Virus record (IMG/VR): IMGVR_UViG_3300042922_000108
Span: 1-56,135 of that record
Source: a virus
Taxonomy: Duplodnaviria; Caudoviricetes
DNA: 56,135 bases
Reading direction: 5' to 3' (one strand)
Part shown: positions 37,429-44,884 of the stretch, one piece after another
Numbering within the stretch: position 1 is the stretch's first letter
How the letters are laid out: each line of letters opens with the position of its first letter
Made by a program: the position numbers and the translations under genes
The notes under the pieces: model-generated
Told to the model about the DNA's origin: nothing
Databases searched by the model: none
What the model saw: the letters and a program-made list of their open reading frames with translations, nothing else

Positions 37429-37464
37429 TTGACTCTCCCTTTATTGTGTGCTATGTCTGCGACT

Positions 37465-37515
37465 AGCCTATCATAGGCACGAAAAAGCCCCTCGAGCACA
37501 TAGCTCGAGGGGCTT
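37465..37515 (-). terminator. Terminator followed by extended -10 promoter TGaTAGGCT
   Basis: AAGCCCCTCGAGC stem plus T-run; promoter at 37473-37465. Confidence 0.7.
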
Positions 37516-37526
37516 CTCAGGAAAAG

Positions 37527-38027
37527 CTAGGCGACTACCGGCTTGTTAATTGCCATCTGTCCCTGTGGACGGAAAGGAACCGTGAACTGGATCGGAGCGC
37601 CGCCGTCACCTTCAACGTCCTGACCGTAGTCAGAGAAGAAGCGGAAGACGGAGATAAGCTGACCAGCAGCCGGAGCTACGGTGGACTTGTAACCGTGGCG
37701 GGAAACCAGCCAGCCTTCTACACGGCCTGCCTTGAACAGGTTGTAAGCCGTGGTGAAAGCAGTAGGCGTGTCGCCAACACCGTCACGGAAGAAGGAGATG
37801 TTACCTTCGTAGTTACCGAACGTGGGAGTCTGGACGTTGCCTTCATCCACGATAGTCTTGCTATCATCGGTATCCGAGTCGGTTGCACCGAGCGTGTAGC
37901 CGGTGACGATTGCTGCAGAGATGTTGGTACCAGCGGTGAGCTGAGCAACCGTAACAGCAGCAGGGTTGGTAATACCAGCGAGCGGTACCCACCAGATGGT
38001 GGTATTGGGGCTCATCATTTTAGCCAT
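37527..38027 (-). CDS. Major tail protein, copy 2
   Basis: 166 aa, MAKMMSPNTTIWWVP; tail tube position. Confidence 0.85.
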   Translation of the reverse strand: MAKMMSPNTTIWWVPLAGITNPAAVTVAQLTAGTNISAAIVTGYTLGATDSDTDDSKTIVDEGNVQTPTFGNYEGNISFFRDGVGDTPTAFTTAYNLFKAGRVEGWLVSRHGYKSTVAPAAGQLISVFRFFSDYGQDVEGDGGAPIQFTVPFRPQGQMAINKPVVA

Positions 38028-38040
38028 TGAGCATCAGTCC

Positions 38041-38541
38041 TTACGCTACAAGTGCGCGGTTCAAGTCCATTGCGCCCTGTGGGAGGAATGGAACGGTGAA
38101 TTCAATCGGGCCACCATCTTCAACCACGTCCTGTGGGTAATCGGAGATTACCTTGTAGGAAGAGACAGTCTGCGTGGCAGCAGCGGCAACGCTGGACAAG
38201 TAACCCAGACGACGCACGAGCCAACCGGAAGCGCGACCATCCTTGAAGAAGCCGAACGCCTTTGCATAGTCAGACGTAGTGGCTGCAACGTCAGCATCAC
38301 GGAAGAACGTGATGTTGGCTTCGTAGTTGTAGTACGTAGGCAGCTCGACGTTGGCACCGTCACAGATAGACGTAGAGTCATCCGTGTCAGAGTCAGTAGC
38401 GTTCAGTGTGTAACCGGAAACCACAGCACACGAGATATTACGTGCAGCCGTCAGGAGAGCTGCAGAAGGTGCAGCAGGATTCCAGTTGACGTTATCCGGT
38501 ACCCACCAGATAGTGGTGTTCGGGCTCATCATTTTAGCCAT
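38041..38541 (-). CDS. Major tail protein, copy 1
   Basis: 166 aa paralogue with identical first 15 residues. Confidence 0.85.
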   Translation of the reverse strand: MAKMMSPNTTIWWVPDNVNWNPAAPSAALLTAARNISCAVVSGYTLNATDSDTDDSTSICDGANVELPTYYNYEANITFFRDADVAATTSDYAKAFGFFKDGRASGWLVRRLGYLSSVAAAATQTVSSYKVISDYPQDVVEDGGPIEFTVPFLPQGAMDLNRALVA

Positions 38542-38791
38542 TGTCGGCACCATCCTTGGCGGTGTTAGTAGCGGGGGCAGGTGCATCCTCGAGCGGGGGT
38601 CCTACCGGACCTTCAGGGATCACGCCGTTTTTGATCGGCTCACCGTAGACTTCAATTTCACGCTTTCGCTGCGCTTCCTTGATCTGCTTTTCGGTGGCAA
38701 GCTCAAGCGCCTCATGATTTTCAATCTCAATTGGCAGAACTTCAGTGATGATGCCGGTCAGCTTGTGAACAGCTAGCACTCTTTCAGTCAC
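38534..38791 (-). CDS. Hypothetical structural-region protein
   Basis: AAGGAG RBS, GTG start. Confidence 0.7.
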   Translation of the reverse strand: MTERVLAVHKLTGIITEVLPIEIENHEALELATEKQIKEAQRKREIEVYGEPIKNGVIPEGPVGPPLEDAPAPATNTAKDGADNG

Positions 38792-38833
38792 TTGTCAACT
38801 CCTTTTCTCTCTTACAATATTAGCATGAGGTTG

Positions 38834-39274
38834 TCAAGCCCCTGCTGTATCACTATTCTGGTAATAACGCAGTGATTGGTTAGAGCCGTAGCGGGTGGGA
38901 TTTCCCAAGTGGGAAAGCTTGCCGGTACCACCAAACAGTGCAAAGCGGATTTCCCCGCAATTGGCAGGCTTGTATCCCACCAGCTTTTTCCTGACCAGCT
39001 CCACCACCGCTTTAGCAGCGCGCGGTGTGCTCCCAACTCCCTGAATCACAATTGTGGTTTCACCAGTGTCTTTGTCAGCACCGGCAATTCCATTCACGCG
39101 GCGGGGAGCTTCTACCAGACCACCGAATGAGATAGTCACAAACGGCCTAATCTGATCGGTGCCGGGAATTGTTTCTGGGATAACCTCATCAGGCAATTCA
39201 TCATCGTAAACACCGATATGTGGAATTGTTTTGACGAGAGCCAGAATTTCGTCTTGGCTATCTATCAGGCTCAT
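38834..39274 (-). CDS. Tail terminator
   Basis: Size, synteny, VYD...P...PFV pattern. Confidence 0.7.
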   Translation of the reverse strand: MSLIDSQDEILALVKTIPHIGVYDDELPDEVIPETIPGTDQIRPFVTISFGGLVEAPRRVNGIAGADKDTGETTIVIQGVGSTPRAAKAVVELVRKKLVGYKPANCGEIRFALFGGTGKLSHLGNPTRYGSNQSLRYYQNSDTAGA

Positions 39275-39696
39275 TTGATTCCCTTATTGTCCAAGTGCCT
39301 TTGCACAGCTACCAATGAATTGGTGAGCGCGTGCATTGCACTGACCTGAATGTTTCCGCGCCGTGTAGGTACGGTTCCACCGTGTTCCTGAATTCCGTAA
39401 TACTTCTGCTTGCGTCTGATCCAGCCGAACTTGACAGTGATGTTCGTACCACGCTGGGTAACATCAGCATCAAAGTCTTCGTACATCTGACCAGTCCAGA
39501 TACGGTTACCCTTGGGCTCAATGGAAAGGTCAGACGGAGTTGTGGCAATGGTGTTCTGGCCGGTATTCTTGGCAATGATGCCAGCAACAAGAGCGTTCTC
39601 TACAGCATCCTTACGAACGTCATTCTTGACACTCTTGTTGAACGCGAGTAGGTTACGCCGCAACTGTGTGCGCCCTTCAATACCAGCCCTAGCCAT
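39271..39696 (-). CDS. Neck/tail completion protein (HK97 gp10-like)
   Basis: R.WTG.M, Y..QEHG motif; synteny. Confidence 0.7.
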   Translation of the reverse strand: MARAGIEGRTQLRRNLLAFNKSVKNDVRKDAVENALVAGIIAKNTGQNTIATTPSDLSIEPKGNRIWTGQMYEDFDADVTQRGTNITVKFGWIRRKQKYYGIQEHGGTVPTRRGNIQVSAMHALTNSLVAVQRHLDNKGIK

Positions 39697-39800
39697 TACT
39701 TCCTTGGGGGTTGTGGTTTACTGCCTGCTGGCATTGTCTTAGGTTTGATCCGCACTGAAGCAGCCTTCTGCCCTAGCGGTGTAATGAATACGGCTAGCAT
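39696..39800 (-). CDS. 34-aa basic peptide
   Basis: TAATG coupling on both sides. Confidence 0.5.
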   Translation of the reverse strand: MLAVFITPLGQKAASVRIKPKTMPAGSKPQPPRK

Positions 39801-39949
39801 TACTCCTGCTGTTCCGGTTCTGCCTCTAGCCCATAGGGCTCACCAGACTTTTCAGGATCGCAACGGACCTTGGCGTTGTAGCCGTTCTTCATGTGGACAT
39901 ATACGATGCCGTCACCAGCGATCTGCTGGCCGCAATTCTTACAGTTCAT
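39800..39949 (-). CDS. 49-aa Zn-binding peptide
   Basis: CKNC...H...C; TAATG coupling. Confidence 0.55.
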   Translation of the reverse strand: MNCKNCGQQIAGDGIVYVHMKNGYNAKVRCDPEKSGEPYGLEAEPEQQE

Positions 39950-40389
39950 TACCCCTGCTTCATGTTGTTCTGAGCTGTAAGCACACGCTCCCAAGCATTG
40001 CTGCTGGACTCATCACCGTGTACGTAGTAGGTGGCTCCCACCTTCTCAGGATCGGCACCGTTGAGAAGAACCGTGATCCTGTCATTGACCTCTACGTTGA
40101 AGTCAGCCCCGGAAGGAAGCTCATTCTCGCTGAAGCCAATGGCAATCCTCATGCGCTGGAACTTGGCTGCGTCTTCAACAAAGTCACGGTTGGTGGGGAA
40201 AGCAACCTTCTGGATGCGAGCCCTGCCAAGATAAATCTGTTCAGTGGTGCCGCCGTCGATCTGTCCGGTTTCCACGTTGTACTCACCGCGTGTCAGTACC
40301 CTCTCAATCAGCACACGAGCTATGTGTGTGCTGTTGACTGTCTGCCTGTGGTGAAAGGCAAACGCTGGATGCAGAGCCCCGCCCCTCAT
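39949..40389 (-). CDS. Head-to-tail stopper (DUF6093-like)
   Basis: IYLGRARIQ motif; synteny. Confidence 0.7.
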   Translation of the reverse strand: MRGGALHPAFAFHHRQTVNSTHIARVLIERVLTRGEYNVETGQIDGGTTEQIYLGRARIQKVAFPTNRDFVEDAAKFQRMRIAIGFSENELPSGADFNVEVNDRITVLLNGADPEKVGATYYVHGDESSSNAWERVLTAQNNMKQG

Positions 40390-41042
40390 CGGATAGGCCA
40401 ATTATTGAGGTATTCATAAGCTTTCAATACTATGTCCTTATCGTCACGTAGCATCCCAATTCCTGAGTTGCATTGTCTACAGAGGATGCCCCTTACACAC
40501 GCACCGCATGAGCCTACTCCTGCACAACATGACCTATCGTGGTCAATGGCATATAAAGCGGTGTCCAGAGACACTTCACAGATTCGACACTTGTTTTCCT
40601 GAGCATCTAATAGCGCCAAGAATGTTTTACGTGTGAATCCATATTTGCGAACTGATGAACATATCGCACAAAAGATTGCTAGGTTATCTGCACTACCCCG
40701 ACTCGAATGGTAATCACTTTCGGGTAACCAGTTCTCACACTCCACACAATGCTTCCGACCTAATGAATCCCGCTCACGGATAGCAGCAGTCTTCCGGTAA
40801 ATCTTGCGCGGTGCTGTTACTTCTTTCCCGTTGTGTGTTCTGCGGTAGTGCATCTCGCACTTCTGTTTCTTGACACTAGGGATATTGCAACCAGCTATTA
40901 CGCATAAGTAGTATCCACGAGTCTGGGGGAAGTGAACAGCTATCGGGTCACCTGTCTTGCGTAGGTGCTCATAATGCGCTTTACAGTAACCCAAGGCCTT
41001 GTGCTTAGTGTTGACACAGAAGTAGACTTTACAATTGAACAT
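40386..41042 (-). CDS. Endonuclease VII-family homing endonuclease
   Basis: QENKCRIC...IDHD..CC....C..CVRGILCRQCN.GIG; N-terminal C..C...C..HY repeats; lower GC. Confidence 0.9.
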   Translation of the reverse strand: MFNCKVYFCVNTKHKALGYCKAHYEHLRKTGDPIAVHFPQTRGYYLCVIAGCNIPSVKKQKCEMHYRRTHNGKEVTAPRKIYRKTAAIRERDSLGRKHCVECENWLPESDYHSSRGSADNLAIFCAICSSVRKYGFTRKTFLALLDAQENKCRICEVSLDTALYAIDHDRSCCAGVGSCGACVRGILCRQCNSGIGMLRDDKDIVLKAYEYLNNWPIR

Positions 41043-41051
41043 TACCTCAGC

Positions 41052-41453
41052 TTACCGCAATGGGTAGGGTGCAGGGTAATGCGTGTATGACACAATCTCA
41101 AAGGCTTCCAGCGCTGCATCCTCAACGTCTTCTTCCTTCTGGCGAGTGCGGAACTCACTAGCGATCTGACGCAGAGAGTTGGCAATCACTGAGCCGTCTG
41201 TGCTCAGGTCTTCGGTGCGGATTTTCTTTGAGACAAGCGCTTCATTGGCAGCGATAGCCAAGAGCGCGTCTGCTGCAGCACCGTACAGCTTGTCGCTGTT
41301 CAGCGCGAGGAAAGACTTGAGCTGGCCGTCATCCATCAAGTAATCCGCTGAAGCATCAGGGTTGGCAGGGTCTTTGTACTGCTCAGTCTGAGACAGCAGC
41401 GCGCGGAGCTGGCCCAGCGGAGTCGCATAATCGGGAGGGAAGATATTTGCCAT
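41052..41453 (-). CDS. Head-to-tail adaptor
   Basis: DYATPLGQLRAL...AAADAL..IA; leaderless promoter. Confidence 0.75.
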   Translation of the reverse strand: MANIFPPDYATPLGQLRALLSQTEQYKDPANPDASADYLMDDGQLKSFLALNSDKLYGAAADALLAIAANEALVSKKIRTEDLSTDGSVIANSLRQIASEFRTRQKEEDVEDAALEAFEIVSYTHYPAPYPLR

Positions 41454-41492
41454 ACATCAAGTGTAACAGTTTGTCAACCCTTGATTTTGAAC

Positions 41493-41591
41493 AAAGAAAA
41501 AGCCCCAGCCTGTGGAGAGTCAGGCTGGGGCTTCAAGTGCAGGAGCAAAAGCAGTGGAAAGGAAAGTAAACACTGCGCTCTAGAAACTGCT
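41493..41591 (-). ncRNA. Candidate sRNA A with CU-rich loops
   Basis: TGaTAGGCT at 41606-41598, interrupted hairpin with loop UUUACUUUCCUUUC, 13-bp terminator with loop ACUCUCCA; no ORF. Confidence 0.55.
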
Positions 41592-41595
41592 AGGT

Positions 41596-41796
41596 CTAGC
41601 CTATCATACTCTTCGAGCGCCTCAAGCGTCTACGCTTCTCTTCGATGTAAGCTCCACCACATGCAAAGAGAGCTACCCCGAGAAAGAGGTGCCCAAGCGC
41701 ATAGATAAGCTGTTGATGTAGCAGCGCACCGGCACCTAGTAGTGACACAGCTACCACGCTGAGAATGATTGAGTTGACTATCCAAGGGAATTTCAT
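41596..41796 (-). CDS. Small two-TM membrane protein
   Basis: Hydrophobic segments plus basic tail; own TATCAT -10 after capsid terminator. Confidence 0.65.
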   Translation of the reverse strand: MKFPWIVNSIILSVVAVSLLGAGALLHQQLIYALGHLFLGVALFACGGAYIEEKRRRLRRSKSMIG

Positions 41797-41813
41797 ACCG
41801 CTCATGATACAGC

Positions 41814-41840
41814 AAAAGCCCTGTACCGAAGTACAGGGCT
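41814..41840 (-). terminator. Major capsid terminator
   Basis: AGCCCTGTAC-TTCG-GTACAGGGCT-TTT. Confidence 0.8.
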
Positions 41841-41852
41841 CTTACTTTATGA

Positions 41853-43016
41853 CTAGCTGATTGGAGTCAGGTAATCGGGAGCAGCAGCGTTGGACTCGCC
41901 GGTGGATGCGTACATGGACGCTCCGAACCAGAAGCCACCAGCCACAACGTGGCGAACGCGGTACTCAATGTCATCGTTGAGCAGCGAGCCTTCCAGAGAA
42001 GGAACCTGACCGCCACCGAGATACAGGCCGGTGTTACCGGACTGACGGAACTCGGGAGCTTCGTGGTTACGCAGGAAGTTCACAACGATGGAGTCACGGA
42101 CACCATCATTGCCGCCAAGCGGAACGAGGAACCAAGTGGTAGCAGCGTTGGCGCTCTTGTTGATCTGAGTCAGGTAGTCGTTGACAACCAGAGTCACATC
42201 AGAGTTAGCAGCCGTGGTCTGGTACTCGAGGTTACCGTCAGTGACCTTGAGCTGGTTGAGCGCAAGGATGCGCTCTGCCGTGGTCTGCAGGTTGGTCGGA
42301 ACAACTAGAGCGAACCGCTGGACGGTCACGTAGTTGCCGTTGACCTGACGTGCCCGAACCTCGCGCTTGGCGAACTCCAGAGCGTTCAGGGACAGCTTGT
42401 AACGGGTACCGGAAACACCAGTGGTGCCCATTGCGTTGCCGTTGCCAGCGTTGAAGGTATCAGCGTTCACACCAGCAGCGTCAACCAGAACCTCAAGAGC
42501 GGAAGTCTCTTCCGTGGTCTTGGCGAGCTTAGCCATTTCGCCGGGGAGGGAGCCAATGAAGCCCCACTCATCGTTGATAACGTCTTCCCACGAGAACGGG
42601 ATGCGAGCACCCTTCTTACGGAGGGAAAGGCTCTTGCCCGAAGTGCTCCACCGGAAGGTGGGGTATTCCGTCAGTTCAGGAATGTTCGGCAGCGAGTGGA
42701 CAGCCGTACCGTAGCCACCGTTGTCGTCAAGGTCAACCTGACCGTTGAACAGGAATTCCTTCTTGCGCTTGGGCTTGAAGTCTTCAAACACGTCACGCTT
42801 GGCGAACTGGGTCCACGTGGTGGGCAGTCCAGCGTACTGCTTCAGCAGCTCAGCGGAGTTGGCGGCGGCGAAGGTGCGAGCAAGGTCCGAGGTGGAGATA
42901 GCTTCGTTGAGGACAAAGCCCTCAGAAACAATCTGCTTGATGCGGCCACGCGCGCGGAAGTCACCCTTGAGGGCATCACCAAAGATATTGGCGGCTTCGA
43001 TCAGTGCATTAGTCAT
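41853..43016 (-). CDS. Major capsid protein
   Basis: 387 aa; DFK, ELTEYP, W..INDE, LVVP, D.IEYRVRH motifs. Confidence 0.9.
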   Translation of the reverse strand: MTNALIEAANIFGDALKGDFRARGRIKQIVSEGFVLNEAISTSDLARTFAAANSAELLKQYAGLPTTWTQFAKRDVFEDFKPKRKKEFLFNGQVDLDDNGGYGTAVHSLPNIPELTEYPTFRWSTSGKSLSLRKKGARIPFSWEDVINDEWGFIGSLPGEMAKLAKTTEETSALEVLVDAAGVNADTFNAGNGNAMGTTGVSGTRYKLSLNALEFAKREVRARQVNGNYVTVQRFALVVPTNLQTTAERILALNQLKVTDGNLEYQTTAANSDVTLVVNDYLTQINKSANAATTWFLVPLGGNDGVRDSIVVNFLRNHEAPEFRQSGNTGLYLGGGQVPSLEGSLLNDDIEYRVRHVVAGGFWFGASMYASTGESNAAAPDYLTPIS

Positions 43017-43029
43017 TGTGCGTTAGTCC

Positions 43030-43440
43030 TTACGCGCTAGCAGTTACTTGACCCGGCTGCAGAATCTTCACGATTGCAGGACCGGTGCCGGTACCCTTGG
43101 CGCGGATTGCAGCACCGAAGAGGAAGTTGCCCGTTGCGGTTGCGGTCAGCGTGCCACCAGCAGTGATGTAGACCGGAGTACCGTAACCGGCGAGAGCGCC
43201 AGTAACGTCCAAGCGCCAAACACCTACGTGGCTGACGGAAGTGTTACCGGCCTTGTTACCGACACCACCAGTCGGTTGTGCAACACCGTTGTAGACGTTG
43301 GAGGTATCAGTAGCTCCACCAGCGTCGGTTTCAGCAACAGCGTTCAGGATGCCGATACGGAGAGGCTGACCGCTGCGTACCGAGTCAGCGACCGGTGCGG
43401 AGAGGTGGTTACCTTCCTTGAAAATCTCATTCAAAGCCAC
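43030..43440 (-). CDS. Capsid decoration/cement protein (DUF2190-like)
   Basis: V.SG.P..IG...VA.TD; G.PVY; directly upstream of capsid gene. Confidence 0.7.
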   Translation of the reverse strand: MALNEIFKEGNHLSAPVADSVRSGQPLRIGILNAVAETDAGGATDTSNVYNGVAQPTGGVGNKAGNTSVSHVGVWRLDVTGALAGYGTPVYITAGGTLTATATGNFLFGAAIRAKGTGTGPAIVKILQPGQVTASA

Positions 43441-43605
43441 TGTAGGCTCCTTTCGTTTCTTATAACAGAATACCACAAGGTTGTCAAGAGCCTTGTGGAA
43501 AAAGTTTTAGGGGCAGTCACCTTGTAAGATGACTGCCCCAATTAGCACACTGTGATGCTTCTCAGCTTTACCCCTTGTGCTTAGGGAGACAGGATCACCG
43601 CCTTT

Positions 43606-44556
43606 TTAGCTGGAGAAAACGCTTCCGATTGCAGCATTGACCTTCTGGGCCTCAGTGAGGTTGGTTTCCTCTTCAATGTGACCAGCGCCACCGGACTTGC
43701 CCGCTTCGGCAAGATACTCAGAGGCAATGTCCTTCTCAACCTTGATGGCCTCAGTCAGGTCAGTACCGGACTCAACAGCAGCGAGCACACGGCCCTCAGC
43801 CTTTTCAGACAGCTTGGCTTCGCGGAGAGCAGACGTGATTTCCTTGACGGAAGGACCAGTCTTCTCTTCGGGCTTCTGAGCTTCCTCGAGCTTGCGAGCA
43901 GCCTCTTCACGAGCGGACTTCTCTTCAGCCAGCGACTCATTCAGGGTGGAGATACCCTTAGTCAGACCGTCGAGCGCGTCCAGAAATTCCTTTGGCAGTT
44001 CCAATTCAGTTTCCTCTTCCTGTGCTTCTGCAAGCGCTTTGGCAGCAGATTGATTTTCATTACGGGCGGACTCGAGCAGCTTTTCAAAACCGCCACCAGC
44101 GCCACCAACAGTTACCACGTCAACTGAATGGACAGCGGTAAACTCTGCAAGCTCAAGGCCTTTGGCGGTTTCCACCATTGAGCCCTCAGCTCGAATTGAC
44201 ATTGCGATCAAATTAGCTTCAGCGCGTTCCTTGATGAACTCCCGTTCAGATTCAAAGAACTCCACATCAGCAAAAAGGTCTTTGCCGTCGAATTCGGCAT
44301 CCTCAGCGAGATATCCGATAATATCTTCAACACGGCGTTCCGGCTGACTCCATTTATCTTCAGAGCTGGGATGGTTACGGTAAATCCGTGTCCCCTTTTT
44401 GAAAAGGTGTTTACCCTTTTCCAGAGCTTCCTTTGGGTAGTAAGCGGAAGAACCTTGACGATCACCTTCAATGATCTTGATCCGCCACTTAGAACCTGAC
44501 TTGGAAGCTTCAGACAGAAGACCACGTTCAACAAGCTGAACAGTCAAATTCTTCAC
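43606..44556 (-). CDS. Capsid maturation protease-scaffold fusion
   Basis: GSS.YYP, NHP, MSIRA, SVDVVT.GGAGG then helical scaffold; GTG start after AGGAG. Confidence 0.8.
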   Translation of the reverse strand: MKNLTVQLVERGLLSEASKSGSKWRIKIIEGDRQGSSAYYPKEALEKGKHLFKKGTRIYRNHPSSEDKWSQPERRVEDIIGYLAEDAEFDGKDLFADVEFFESEREFIKERAEANLIAMSIRAEGSMVETAKGLELAEFTAVHSVDVVTVGGAGGGFEKLLESARNENQSAAKALAEAQEEETELELPKEFLDALDGLTKGISTLNESLAEEKSAREEAARKLEEAQKPEEKTGPSVKEITSALREAKLSEKAEGRVLAAVESGTDLTEAIKVEKDIASEYLAEAGKSGGAGHIEEETNLTEAQKVNAAIGSVFSS

Positions 44557-44625
44557 GCTCCTATTCTCTTCTACCAATGTTAGCAGACACCTCTTGACAG
44601 GACTCAGGACATATGCTAAAAACAC

Positions 44626-44661
44626 AAAAATACCTCTCCCCGGTAATGGGAAGAGGTATTT
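44626..44661 (-). terminator. Intrinsic terminator
   Basis: AAATACCTCT stem, T-run on - strand. Confidence 0.65.
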
Positions 44662-44693
44662 CTTTTGGGGCACTTAACCGGTCGATCTTGCCC

Positions 44694-44870
44694 CTACAGG
44701 AGTGGCAGAACGGCAGCGCGGACGGCCTCTATGACCTCCATGACGTGGCCGCTGTATTCATCCTCGGCCGCGCTCAGTGATCCATAGGCGGCAGTTATTC
44801 CACGCTTCACCGCCGCTTGAACCTCCGGCCTGTCAGATGCAAGTTCCGTGTCAATATCTTCCAAGTCCAT
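44694..44870 (-). CDS. 58-aa acidic hypothetical protein
   Basis: MDLEDIDTELASDRPEV...; GGGAG RBS; below ORF-track cutoff. Confidence 0.55.
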   Translation of the reverse strand: MDLEDIDTELASDRPEVQAAVKRGITAAYGSLSAAEDEYSGHVMEVIEAVRAAVLPLL

Positions 44871-44884
44871 GCTGTTATTCTCCC

